Shown piece after piece: positions 30,270 through 40,116 of a stretch of DNA of 64,000 bases. The notes under the pieces are model-generated. The model was not told the DNA's origin. It did no database searches and saw nothing but the letters and a program-made list of their open reading frames with translations. Location: NCBI GenBank assembly GCA_965204375.1, contig OZ241986.1, positions 4,320,001 to 4,384,000 of the forward strand, read 5' to 3'. The first letter of the stretch is position 1, and each line of letters opens with the position of its first letter. The stretch comes from Candidatus Latescibacterota bacterium. GTDB lineage: Bacteria; Latescibacterota; UBA2968. A program made the position numbers and the translations under genes.

Positions 30270-31990
30270 CCTGAAAAATTCATAAAAAAGGTAGTTTCCT
30301 TATTCAAGTCATTGTATTATTATAGGTTATCACCATAACCATTAAACAATAGACTTGGAGGAAACTACCATGGGGTCACAAGATAAACATCGCAAGGTTC
30401 CTTTGGCAAGCATTTTCGGCAAACGGCTTGACCTCGCCTTTGATGGGGGCATTCTCACCAGCGATAGCGGCGCGTTATTGCTTCGAGAAGTAGAGGCAAA
30501 ATCTGGCATTTTAACACGCATGAGTGCTGCGATCACGGATCGTCGGCATAAGAGTTATGTGAGGCACTCCGTCGCAGAGTTGGTCAAGCAACGGGTGTTC
30601 CAGATAGCCTGTGGGTATGAAGATGGCAATGATTGTGATGCCTTACGCAGCGATCCGGGTATCAAGGCCGCCTGTGGTGTCTTGCCGCTTTCAGGTAAAG
30701 ACTTGGGCAGTCAACCCACGATGAGCCGGTTTGAGAACCAGATCAGGCGAAGCGACTTGTATCGGATTGCCCGTGCCTTCCTCGATTGTTTTATCGCTTC
30801 GTATAAAAAGCCGCCCGAGGCGATCATCTTAGATATTGATGATACACAGGATACGGTTTATGGGACCCAGCAGTTGTCCCTATTCAATGGCTATTACAAT
30901 GCCTACACCTATCAGCCCTTGCATATTTATGAGGGACAAACCGGTAAGTTGATCACTACGATATTGCGTCCCGGTATCCGTCCGACCGGCCAACAGATAG
31001 TCGCCATTATCAAGCGTTTGGTGGCCTATCTGCGTCAGGCTTGGCCTGATGTGGCGATCATCTTGCGGGGTGATGCCCACTTTTCTTGTCCGCAAGTCCA
31101 TCACCTTTGTGAGACTGATGACCTGTATTTTATCTTAGGACAGACCAGCAATGCCAAGCTTTGTGAGGCGGCACAACCCCTTATCGCGCAGGCCAAAAGG
31201 CTTTATGCACATACAAAGGAGGCCGTGCGTCTTTTTACCTCGTTTTCCTATCAGGCAAAGAGTTGGAACAAGGCACAACGCATCGTATGCAAGGTCGAAA
31301 TCAGTGACCGAGGCCAAAACACACGCTTTGTCGTGACCAACCTGAAAAGTTCAATGGCGTCCTTTATCTATCAAAGCGTCTATTGTGCGCGCGGACAGAT
31401 GGAAAACTTCATTAAAAATCACAAAACCTTTCTCCACTCTGACCGCACATCCTGTCACAGCTTTACTGCCAATCAGTTCCGCCTCTTTCTCCATTCTGCC
31501 GCCTATGTCTTGATACAGACATTGGCGCAAATAGGATTCAATGGCACAAGGTGGATAAACGCGCAGGTCAATACCATTCAAAATCGCTTCCTCAAAGTCG
31601 CAGGACGCGTCTGTGAGTTGAAAACAAGGATCACCTTCCATCTGCCTGTGTCCTATCCTTTGCAACATCTGTATCATAAAATCCTACACAATCTGAAAAG
31701 GGCAGGACCTTAACCCAAAACGCAGGAGGGCAGAGATGGCAAGCAGAAGGCAGACAACATCACTGGCGCACACCGCCTTGTGCTGGGCAAAGACTCGGCA
31801 GGCAAGGGCAAGGGGGAACCTCTGCCCTTTTTGACTACCACAGGCACGCTCTACCAATGACATTGACCTGTCAGAACCCGGTAAAAACACAATCGGGAGC
31901 AACAAAAACAGAAAAACACGGACAGAGGGCTTACAACATCGAAATGATGACATAAATAGACTATTCAAAAACTTTCATGAATTAGTCGGG
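30270..31990 (+). mobile_element. IS1380-family insertion sequence (1721 bp)
   Basis: Imperfect TIRs CCTGAAAAATTCATAAAA and (reverse complement) CCCGACTAATTCATGAAA; CTAA duplicated at 30266-69 and 31991-94. Confidence 0.92.
30370..31713 (+). CDS. IS1380-family DDE transposase
   Basis: FDGG.LTSD.G, GYED.ND...LR.DP, SQPT.SRFEN, LDIDDT, RGDA, Y.ARG.MEN.IK. Confidence 0.95.
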   Translation: MGSQDKHRKVPLASIFGKRLDLAFDGGILTSDSGALLLREVEAKSGILTRMSAAITDRRHKSYVRHSVAELVKQRVFQIACGYEDGNDCDALRSDPGIKAACGVLPLSGKDLGSQPTMSRFENQIRRSDLYRIARAFLDCFIASYKKPPEAIILDIDDTQDTVYGTQQLSLFNGYYNAYTYQPLHIYEGQTGKLITTILRPGIRPTGQQIVAIIKRLVAYLRQAWPDVAIILRGDAHFSCPQVHHLCETDDLYFILGQTSNAKLCEAAQPLIAQAKRLYAHTKEAVRLFTSFSYQAKSWNKAQRIVCKVEISDRGQNTRFVVTNLKSSMASFIYQSVYCARGQMENFIKNHKTFLHSDRTSCHSFTANQFRLFLHSAAYVLIQTLAQIGFNGTRWINAQVNTIQNRFLKVAGRVCELKTRITFHLPVSYPLQHLYHKILHNLKRAGP

Positions 31991-32306
31991 CTAAGTGCCT
32001 GTTCGAACTGGATTGGATCGGTTTGCTGCACGACCCGTTTACCTATAGTGTCTGAAGATGGCAGGTGTTTGTTCAGTAATATGAGCAATTTTTCAAGGTG
32101 CTCGTAGTGCGTATTGCCAAGTACACGGACGATCTCAAGTTCGCTTCGGCCTGAACACGGTATATTGATCACTCTGCCGATTTCAGGAAAACGCTGTATC
32201 GCATCATGAACGTCTTGAGTGATTGGATAGCTTAACATTTCTTGACCTCTACGGATATAAACCAATACTGCAAACAGTTTTAGACGTCACCGGGCGGCAC
32301 AACTCA

Positions 32307-35033
32307 TTATCCTTCCTTGCCGAAACTTCTGCCAAAAATCAGAAAATCGCCAAATCCAATCGTGCCATCGCCGTCCAGATCGTATTTCGCATCATACTGC
32401 TCATCGCCGCGACTTAAACCAAACTGGCTTGCAAAGAGCAAAAAGTCACTCAAATCAACCTGCCCATCGCCATTAAAGTCTGGCGTAAGAGCCGCAAGCT
32501 GTAATGTCACGCTGATATTATTGAGCGTCACCTCCTCACGTTGTCCCCCGCGACCAAGTTCGGCACGCACCAGCCGAAGCATTGTACCCGAAAACGCGCT
32601 TGTTGTGCGAAAACGAATACTCCCCACCAGGCCGCTATCGACGGCAGCTTTCCCTCCAAAAGATACCAGACTAATCTCAATAGCAGTTGGATTCTTGTCA
32701 GGCAATGAAAGCACCTGAGCATTTGGCAGAACACCGCCCGAATCAAATCCCTCGTAAAGCACTTGCGTCTCATCGTATTCAAAGAGAATGGAAAAGCCCT
32801 CCACATCCTGAATATTATTCCCAAAGACCTGAAGAGAAACAACCGATCCTGGCGAAACATCAAGAGATGTGACCGCTTGATCACCTGCTGTGCTATCCCC
32901 ATCCAGAGAAAGTGAAAAGGTGGCTTGTGACGATCCTCCCAGCGCCAGTGCAGATATATCCCACAAGCGAATTGTGGCGTCCTCACTCCCACTGGCCAGA
33001 ATGCGACCATCCTGTGAAAACGCAACTGACCGGACGTCTCTCGTATGCCCCGCAAGAGTGGCGATATGTCCTTTTGTTGTCACATCCCAAAGTCTGGTTC
33101 TATCCCCATCTCCAGTAGCGAGCGTTGTACCATCGGGTGAAATTGCAACAGAATGGACTTCACCCGTCTGCTTAAGAGGGGTGTTCCTTCTTGTTGACAC
33201 ATCCCACAACCGAACAGTTCCTGCACTCGCTGAAAGATTTCCACCCCATAACCCTGAAGCGAGCGTCGTGCCATCGGACGAAAACGAAACAGATGTAACC
33301 CAATCCGCATGACCCTCAAAGGTAGCAATATTTGTTCGCGTCGCTACATCCCACAGTTTGACCGTTTTATCCCCCGCCCCTGAAGCGAGCGTTGTACCAT
33401 CAATCGAAAACGAAACGGACGAAACCCAATCCGTATGACCCTCAAAGGTAGCAATATTTTCTTTTTTTACCACGTCCCACAGCTTGACTGTTTTATCCCC
33501 TGATCCCGAAGCGAGGGTTGTGCTATCGGGCGAAAATGCAACAGACGAAACCCAACCCTTATGATCGGAAAACGTGGCAATATTTGTTTGCGTCCCCATG
33601 TCCCATAGTTTGACCGTTTCATCCGCCGATCCCGAAGCGAGCATTGTACCATCGGGTGAAAATGCAACAGACGAAACCCAACCCTTATGTCCCTCAAAGG
33701 TAGCGATATTTTCTTTTTTTATCACGTCCCATAGCTTGATCTTTTCATCATACGCCCCTGAGGCAAGCGTTGTGCCATCGGGTGAAAACGAAACAGAGGC
33801 GACACCATTTGTATGCCCATAAAGCGTGGCGATAAGTTGTGGTGGAATTTCGATCAGTGTAAAAAATGCACTACGAACATTCCCATCAGTATCAACGACC
33901 AAGACATAAATTGAATGTCTAACGGGATTGGAAAGACTTGTGCCGCCATCGGATGGAATAACACCATCATACCCAAATTCAATGATAGCATCTTCTTCAC
34001 CTTCTAATCCACGACACGCCTTCACTTCAAGCAATCCAGCGGCGGAGTGCGGTTCTTGTGTCCTAATGAATAGGAATACCTGATGAAGTCCCTCGGTATC
34101 GCTGACTTTGAGTTGAATAGAGACACTCTTTGAACCTGCTGGATATTCACGCGATGAAATCAGTTCGAAGGGTCCCCCCATTACTCCTTCATTGAGTTCA
34201 CTGAAGCCAACTTCCGATTCTCCTTCAATTGGAATATCGAGATTGAAGTAGGGATGCACTGCTAAAAATCCAGCATGGCACGCAGACAGAGAACTCCGTC
34301 GGTCGCTTCCAAGATCTAAGACATTTTGACGGTAGCCTCCATAAGACATAATGTACATATCATCGTTAAAATCATGCTTCAATCCAAAGGCATGGCCAAG
34401 TTCATGTGCCGCTGTGTGAAAGCTAAAGCCCCCATGAACCAACGCAACTCCGCCATTCTTTTTCGATCTGCTTCCGACACCTCCCGCACGTTGACCACCA
34501 GTACCAATTGCATTTATACTATTGTCAACGACGATGACGTAAATGTTCGCATCACGATCAAACGCCTGTTCAACCTCCTCAAGCACAGTACGAGATGTAT
34601 TGTCAAGATAGTGATTATCGGGGTATTGACCATCCACGCGATGAACCATCGGTTCTCCCTGCGCATCGGTTTCAAAGCGGAAGGTTTTGTTCCCATATCC
34701 ATGCGCCTGCATCTGCTCGGCATAAAAGGTCTGAATCTGGCGAATTTTCACTTTCATCGAATCAACCACTTCTTGACGAAACGGACGGTCATTGGGCAAG
34801 AAGTAGATCATCCGCACGGTGCGGGGTTCACCAACGTTCAAATTAAGCGCGTGCTTTGTAGCAGCGTAGATGCTATCGCGTGCCTGCGTGTCTTCAAGAG
34901 TGAGAGACAGGTAGAAATGCACATCATTTGATGGTTGTGGCGAAGCATATCCGATAGATGTGAGGCAAAGGACCGCGAATATGCACATGCTCAACAGCCT
35001 TAAGGATGGAAAACGAAGAATGGATTTTTTCAT
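32307..35033 (-). CDS. Secreted multidomain protein: zinc metallopeptidase motif, WD40 propeller, cohesin-like domain, dockerin/EF-hand-like tail
   Basis: Signal peptide; HELGHAFGLKH plus IM Met-turn; ~7 GH..WV.SV.FSPDG..LASGS.D.TVKLWD repeats; DFNGDG...DLDGDG tail. Confidence 0.9.
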   Translation of the reverse strand: MKKSILRFPSLRLLSMCIFAVLCLTSIGYASPQPSNDVHFYLSLTLEDTQARDSIYAATKHALNLNVGEPRTVRMIYFLPNDRPFRQEVVDSMKVKIRQIQTFYAEQMQAHGYGNKTFRFETDAQGEPMVHRVDGQYPDNHYLDNTSRTVLEEVEQAFDRDANIYVIVVDNSINAIGTGGQRAGGVGSRSKKNGGVALVHGGFSFHTAAHELGHAFGLKHDFNDDMYIMSYGGYRQNVLDLGSDRRSSLSACHAGFLAVHPYFNLDIPIEGESEVGFSELNEGVMGGPFELISSREYPAGSKSVSIQLKVSDTEGLHQVFLFIRTQEPHSAAGLLEVKACRGLEGEEDAIIEFGYDGVIPSDGGTSLSNPVRHSIYVLVVDTDGNVRSAFFTLIEIPPQLIATLYGHTNGVASVSFSPDGTTLASGAYDEKIKLWDVIKKENIATFEGHKGWVSSVAFSPDGTMLASGSADETVKLWDMGTQTNIATFSDHKGWVSSVAFSPDSTTLASGSGDKTVKLWDVVKKENIATFEGHTDWVSSVSFSIDGTTLASGAGDKTVKLWDVATRTNIATFEGHADWVTSVSFSSDGTTLASGLWGGNLSASAGTVRLWDVSTRRNTPLKQTGEVHSVAISPDGTTLATGDGDRTRLWDVTTKGHIATLAGHTRDVRSVAFSQDGRILASGSEDATIRLWDISALALGGSSQATFSLSLDGDSTAGDQAVTSLDVSPGSVVSLQVFGNNIQDVEGFSILFEYDETQVLYEGFDSGGVLPNAQVLSLPDKNPTAIEISLVSFGGKAAVDSGLVGSIRFRTTSAFSGTMLRLVRAELGRGGQREEVTLNNISVTLQLAALTPDFNGDGQVDLSDFLLFASQFGLSRGDEQYDAKYDLDGDGTIGFGDFLIFGRSFGKEG

Positions 35034-35168
35034 CGGTTTGTGCTCCTTTGATCTACTTTTGCTTTTTGGTTCGCGGGACCATAATTGTTTTTTGCGGAAG
35101 GATAGCTATGATATCGCCAATCACGAGGTCAAAGGCAATCAACACTTAGGGGGCAATGTATCTGGGCT

Positions 35169-35534
35169 TTAGGACGCATCCAGATGAAATAACGCAGCGG
35201 CACGTTTTGCCATAGATTTGACTTCGAGGCTTACCATACTCTGATCGAAGGCTTGAAGTAGCTTTTCTGCAAGCTGATAATTATCCTCAAAACCAGCGTG
35301 CTTATCATAGAGATAGTCAAATCCGCTAACTGCCATGATGGTCTTCCCCAAGACACGATTCATACTGCAAGCAAGTTCTATACGCATTTGGAAATCGCCG
35401 AGCCTTTCAGCTAAATCGCTGACGGACAAATCTTGAGCATCATCAAGCACCTCAGACCACATTTCGACACAATTTTTGTAGATTGGTCCTATTTCTATAG
35501 ACCCCTTCTTGAGTTCCCCTAATATTGCAATCAT
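35169..35534 (-). CDS. Hypothetical protein
   Basis: ORF with AGGAG RBS before ATG 35534; no family recognised. Confidence 0.55.
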   Translation of the reverse strand: MIAILGELKKGSIEIGPIYKNCVEMWSEVLDDAQDLSVSDLAERLGDFQMRIELACSMNRVLGKTIMAVSGFDYLYDKHAGFEDNYQLAEKLLQAFDQSMVSLEVKSMAKRAAALFHLDAS

Positions 35535-35652
35535 TTTTTCTCCTAACGTTTGATCTAACCGGCATCCCATACGCATAAGCGCGTGAAAGATGTTCAGTTA
35601 GCAGTGTTGGTAGTACCATTCTCACTCAAACAATTACTGCGAGATTTCGTTG

Positions 35653-35955
35653 TCATTTCACCAATCCCTTCTGCCGACCGCGGCGTAGGGAGCGTTTTTG
35701 ATCTGCGGAATTTGAGGGATAGGCGGTGATGACGCGCTCGTTGCGTATTACGACCTTGCGATTTGCAAGGCGGCTCAACGTTTGTATCTCTCGCTTACGC
35801 ATCTCGATCTCGCGGGTGGCATCCCGGTTACGCATAAAATAGGTCTCGTCGTCAATCTGTGTTCCACACGCGAGAATGATCGGAATATCTGACTTGCGAA
35901 TGCCGCGCTGTTGCATGCGGGTCTTGGCGTGTCGGCTATAAATGAGATCGGTCAT
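35653..35955 (-). CDS. DUF4258-like (RelE-like) small protein
   Basis: YSRHAKTRMQQRGI...VITAY; overlaps the XRE gene stop codon. Confidence 0.7.
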   Translation of the reverse strand: MTDLIYSRHAKTRMQQRGIRKSDIPIILACGTQIDDETYFMRNRDATREIEMRKREIQTLSRLANRKVVIRNERVITAYPSNSADQKRSLRRGRQKGLVK

Positions 35956-36977
35956 TGCTCTTTCCCTCCTTTTTTCACTTCGGAATTGTTCTTTCGAGAC
36001 TCCGCTTCCTCCAACACCTTCTTCATTTTGTCGCTCCCCGACGACGTAGCCAAGAACTGTATGAGTATGTGCCTTTCATCCTTCTCCGAAATTTCTTTGA
36101 TGACGTTCAGCAGCTTGTCTTCGAGCCATTTTTCACGCTCCTCACCCGCGTCTTCCGCCATTAGTTCTTCGGGAATCTCAGAGATACGCGCATAGCCGGT
36201 TTCAAGGCATATCCTGGCAGTAGAAGAACCGTTGGCGATGCGGTCAAGTTCGTCGCTACAGATGTCGTAGTGAGGGAACTTGAAATTTGACGCCAAGCTG
36301 AGAACACCACTATCTACATCAACCACGCCGGAGGCAGCGAGTTCTTCTGCTAACTTTCGCAAATAGTGGGTGAAGGGGTTGTTTTTAGAGGCATCAAAGG
36401 GCGTACCCATAAAATCATCATCCAGATGTTCGCCAAATAGATCAGCCTTATCGATGGACTCTCCTTCTCCGCCGGCACCTTCGTCCATGCCGTGCTGAAG
36501 ATATGCGCTGCCCCCACTCCAGAATCCATCAATTTGCATCAAATGATCGTACGCTTCCTCCACCTCTTTCAATTTTTCGCGTCGCCAGGCGAGACTGCCC
36601 TCGGCCAGAAGCACAAAGAAGAGCGGTGCCATGTTGATGATCTCGGTGACACCAACGCCATATCGGCGTTTAATCAGGGCATAGGCGAGTCGGGTCTTCG
36701 GTGCTACCTGCGCGCCGATCTGGACGCGATCGGGGTTGTCGGCAGGTGTCTTATTGGACTCGGGAAGCGGCAACTCACTGGTGAGTACACCCGTTTTGAC
36801 ACCAAGTGCCTGGGCCAAGCTATTAAGAGTGTGCTCTTGGGTTTTTTTGGATTTCTGCGGCTCTTTTTCCAAGCGTTGGATCGTGCGGTCAGAAATTTTA
36901 GATCGTTCAGCAAGTTTGAGGCGTGTCAGTCCTCTCTGTTCTCGTAGGGTGCGAAGGCGTTCAGGATCGATTTTCAT
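35952..36977 (-). CDS. XRE-family HTH protein with long C-terminal domain
   Basis: RLRTLREQRGLTRLKLAERSKISDRTIQRLE...LAQALGV. Confidence 0.85.
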   Translation of the reverse strand: MKIDPERLRTLREQRGLTRLKLAERSKISDRTIQRLEKEPQKSKKTQEHTLNSLAQALGVKTGVLTSELPLPESNKTPADNPDRVQIGAQVAPKTRLAYALIKRRYGVGVTEIINMAPLFFVLLAEGSLAWRREKLKEVEEAYDHLMQIDGFWSGGSAYLQHGMDEGAGGEGESIDKADLFGEHLDDDFMGTPFDASKNNPFTHYLRKLAEELAASGVVDVDSGVLSLASNFKFPHYDICSDELDRIANGSSTARICLETGYARISEIPEELMAEDAGEEREKWLEDKLLNVIKEISEKDERHILIQFLATSSGSDKMKKVLEEAESRKNNSEVKKGGKEQ

Positions 36978-37390
36978 GGTGAGACTCCTTGATGAAGTTT
37001 TCACGGCGAGACTGCTTAAATTTGAGATGCTGTAAATGTAATAAAATTTCTATTACGATACAATAGACAAATATTCTAAAATAATTATTGTATAATAGGA
37101 TATTTAGGGTGTAAATGTCCTATTTCGGACATTTCGATCCCGTCCTGACCTTCTGCGGAGGTCGCCTGAAGTTGCCAGCGTCACCAAGAGAGACAAACGC
37201 AGACATCTTGTGTATTGCGCCCTCGACCCTTATCCCGCGGATGTGACATGAGTTTGACCAACGTCGCCAGTTACAAAAAATACCGCCCTCCCGATATTGG
37301 GAGAACGGCGTAGAATAGGCTGGTGCGATGGACCGACACTTGTGTTCTTCGCATTTCAAAACATCTCTTCTACAACCAGAGACATCACGC

Positions 37391-37726
37391 CTAATCCTTT
37401 TGATCAAATTTATGCCACATTTCTTTTCGGACTTCGGCTATGTCTCGAGCGGTTATTGGCGTTGTCCGATCCCATAAGCCTTCGGGATTAAAGAGCTTGC
37501 TTTGATCAAATTCTACCGCTACGGTGCGTTTAGTCGCAATGCCTTCTCGCTCGCGCTTAATGCGCTCAACTTCATGCAGGGTTTGTGCTGTCAAATAGCT
37601 CTCGCCACAATGGGGACAACTCATCACAGGCACACCTTCGATGACAAGAAGAGACGCGCCTTTTCCATAACTTCGTGAAACGAACCGCTGACGCACCCCC
37701 GATTTCCCACATATATCACACACCAT
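37391..37726 (-). CDS. YgiT/MqsA-type zinc-finger protein with chimeric C-terminus
   Basis: CDICG...VP..SCPHCGESY; extra tail GLW...DIAEVRKEMW. Confidence 0.75.
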   Translation of the reverse strand: MVCDICGKSGVRQRFVSRSYGKGASLLVIEGVPVMSCPHCGESYLTAQTLHEVERIKREREGIATKRTVAVEFDQSKLFNPEGLWDRTTPITARDIAEVRKEMWHKFDQKD

Positions 37727-37757
37727 GGCTTGACTCCTCAGGTTAGCATTTCTATAC

Positions 37758-37786
37758 TTGCTGCATACGTCATTTTGACGTATAAT
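37758..37786 (+). promoter_or_regulatory. Promoter with palindromic operator for the higBA-like operon
   Basis: TTGCTG-17-TATAAT; ATACGTCA-TTT-TGACGTAT inverted repeat at 37765-37783. Confidence 0.75.
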
Positions 37787-37792
37787 TGGGAA

Positions 37793-38068
37793 ATGGAAAA
37801 AGTTCTATTCGATAAGGTAAGAAAAAATCTGAATCGGTTGCCCATTCATATTGTAAGAAACCTTCAACGATGGGCACTTCAAGTAGAATCTCTGGGTATT
37901 CAAGAAGTTAGAAAAATCCCTGGATATCATGATGAACCTCTTCGAGGTGACCGAAGCGGGCAAAGATCCATCAGGCTATCCAGATCCTATCGCGCCTTCT
38001 ATACTGAAATAGAAGGTGATGAGATTAATGTGATTCAAGTCGAGGAGATCAATAAACATGATTACTAA
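37793..38068 (+). CDS. HigB/RelE-superfamily toxin
   Basis: PGYHDEPLRGDRSGQRSIRLSRSYRAFY. Confidence 0.85.
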   Translation: MEKVLFDKVRKNLNRLPIHIVRNLQRWALQVESLGIQEVRKIPGYHDEPLRGDRSGQRSIRLSRSYRAFYTEIEGDEINVIQVEEINKHDY

Positions 38069-38360
38069 AGAACAATATGGAACTTCTGAATTGGAGAGAG
38101 ACTTTGGACGTCTCACATTCGGAAATGCTCTATCCAGCTATCGAATAGGAGAAGAAAAAAGCCAGAGAGCGTTTGCTGATTTGTTGAGCATTTCCCCTCA
38201 AAGTCTTTGTGATATAGAAAAAGAAAGAAGAGTCCCAAGTCCCGGCAGGGCAGCCAAAATTGCCAGACAACTCGGCGAGCCAGAAAGCTTCTGGGTTCAG
38301 CTTGCACTACAAGACATGCTACGAAAAGAAAATTTGAACCTCGTTGTTTCCATCGATTAA
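38058..38360 (+). CDS. HigA-like XRE antitoxin
   Basis: SQRAFADLLSISPQSLCDIEK.RR.PS; overlaps the toxin gene. Confidence 0.85.
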   Translation: MITKEQYGTSELERDFGRLTFGNALSSYRIGEEKSQRAFADLLSISPQSLCDIEKERRVPSPGRAAKIARQLGEPESFWVQLALQDMLRKENLNLVVSID

Positions 38361-38401
38361 TAAAAACTGTAAGTATTGCGTAAAGAGAAAGGAGCCTTCA
38401 A

Positions 38402-38749
38402 ATGGCCGAGCATGCTTCGGTTGAGGAAATGGTCAACGCATTATCCAGTGAATCTTTTGCAACAGAGTTTGCTGAGCAGAATGCAAAAACTCAGCTATCC
38501 CAAGCTTTATCCGCTGCAAGAGTTGCATCCGGGATGACTGAGCGCGAGATTGCTGACCGTCTTGGATGGACCGAAGATGATGTGGTGAGATTTGAGTACC
38601 AGGAAACCGATGAAATCAGTCTTGGAGATTTGGCTTGTTATTTAGGTGCTCTTGGGATAAAAGTGCATTTGTCCTTCCTTCCCTCTGAGCAGAAGGCTCC
38701 TGTTTCGCCCTCCCTAAACGCCCTTCCCGAGCATGATATCGCAGTCTAA
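38402..38749 (+). CDS. Second XRE/HTH protein
   Basis: LSAARVASGMTEREIADRLGWT...FE; AGGAG RBS. Confidence 0.75.
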   Translation: MAEHASVEEMVNALSSESFATEFAEQNAKTQLSQALSAARVASGMTEREIADRLGWTEDDVVRFEYQETDEISLGDLACYLGALGIKVHLSFLPSEQKAPVSPSLNALPEHDIAV

Positions 38750-38798
38750 ACATCCTGAGCAGCACATTGAACCTCGTCGTTTCCATCGATTAACACCC

Positions 38799-40115
38799 CT
38801 ACCACCCTGGCCCCACATCTGCCGCTGTCAAAGGACCCCCGTCCTCCATCCCCGTCGGGAACTCAACGCAACCAATCGTCTTGCGCTCGCCCCGGGAATG
38901 CCCCAGAGCATCTGTCGCAATCTCTGGATAATCCCCCTCCGCATTGCCAATCAAACCACTGGACTCTCCCGGTGCAACAACCCCATTCGGCAGATAATCC
39001 ACATCAACCCGCCCAATCTTTATCCCATCCCGGTCGGGCATACCCAAATCGCCATCTGTCACATTCCCCTCCCACCTCCAATCCACCGGCTCATCGTCCT
39101 GCACCAGCCGCACAGTCCTATCGGATCTCACAAAAGCATTATTCGCAATCACACAATCCTTAGGCGCTGTACCATTGGGATACCTGCTGTGATTTAAACC
39201 CACAACCATCGCCGGGCTACACCCCACAAACGTATTAAACGCAATCAGCGCGCGCTCCACCCGCACATAGAGCTTATCTGTTGTCCCATCCATCATACCC
39301 ACCCCAAACGCATTGAGCGAATGGAACAAATTATTCACCACAACCTGATCCGTCCCCTGCAAACGCACACCGCCCGCCCGGCGTTCGCCCTCGCCAAAAA
39401 AGAAATTTTCAGACACCACATTGCCATCCCCATGCCGAAGCACCAGCGCGCCCCGGCAATCGCGAAACGTATTCCTGCGAAGAATATTGCCATTGGACTT
39501 CACAGAAATAATCTCCGCCTCCCCACTACAGCGCTCAAAAAGATTGTATTCAATCACCGTCTCACAATCGCCCGACTCCGGATCGTACGGATTCCCCTCT
39601 GTAATCAGTTGAAGCGTCTCGTACCCATTGCTCTCCTTACCATCCGGAACATCCACAAAATAATTGTGGTGAACACGGTGTCTCTCGCCCTGATTCCGAA
39701 CGTAAATCTGCATCAACTGGCAGCCGCGCGTCTCCTCGAGATTATTGGTCTTATTCTCAAACCGACAGCGATCAATCTCAACCTCCCGGCTCTCTGCCCT
39801 CACCCGTATCCACTTGCCAGCCTGCACATCCGTCATCACACAACGGCTTATGCGACACCCCCTCCCCCTGACTTCCACACTCCCCTTCTCCACAAAGTGC
39901 AACCCCACAAAACTGATATAATCTCCCACCAACAACAACGGCGCCTTTATCACCGCCCGCCCCATATTCTCCGCCCGAACAACAATCGGCTGATCTGCGG
40001 TCCCCCTCGCCTCGAGCCTGCACCTCTCACCATCATACACGCCATCGACCAGCGTAATCACATCGCCCGGCTGTGCCTCAGCCACCCGCGCTTCTATTTC
40101 AGACACGGACCTCAT
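38799..40115 (-). CDS. Polysaccharide lyase family 6 (chondroitinase B/alginate lyase-like beta-helix)
   Basis: AQPGDVITLVDG.Y, NGYET, EYNLFERC.GEAEIISVKS, LRHG; no evident signal peptide. Confidence 0.88.
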   Translation of the reverse strand: MRSVSEIEARVAEAQPGDVITLVDGVYDGERCRLEARGTADQPIVVRAENMGRAVIKAPLLLVGDYISFVGLHFVEKGSVEVRGRGCRISRCVMTDVQAGKWIRVRAESREVEIDRCRFENKTNNLEETRGCQLMQIYVRNQGERHRVHHNYFVDVPDGKESNGYETLQLITEGNPYDPESGDCETVIEYNLFERCSGEAEIISVKSNGNILRRNTFRDCRGALVLRHGDGNVVSENFFFGEGERRAGGVRLQGTDQVVVNNLFHSLNAFGVGMMDGTTDKLYVRVERALIAFNTFVGCSPAMVVGLNHSRYPNGTAPKDCVIANNAFVRSDRTVRLVQDDEPVDWRWEGNVTDGDLGMPDRDGIKIGRVDVDYLPNGVVAPGESSGLIGNAEGDYPEIATDALGHSRGERKTIGCVEFPTGMEDGGPLTAADVGPGW

Positions 40116-40116
40116 C

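Larger units (their letters stand above)
29350..32238 (-). pseudogene. PD-(D/E)XK-like hypothetical gene (~387 aa) split by IS1380
   Basis: Removing 30270-31990 and one CTAA joins the 5' part (ATG 32238) in frame with the 3' part: ...FEQALREFFLIVHLQN...KRYD...IELYSP. Confidence 0.85.
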
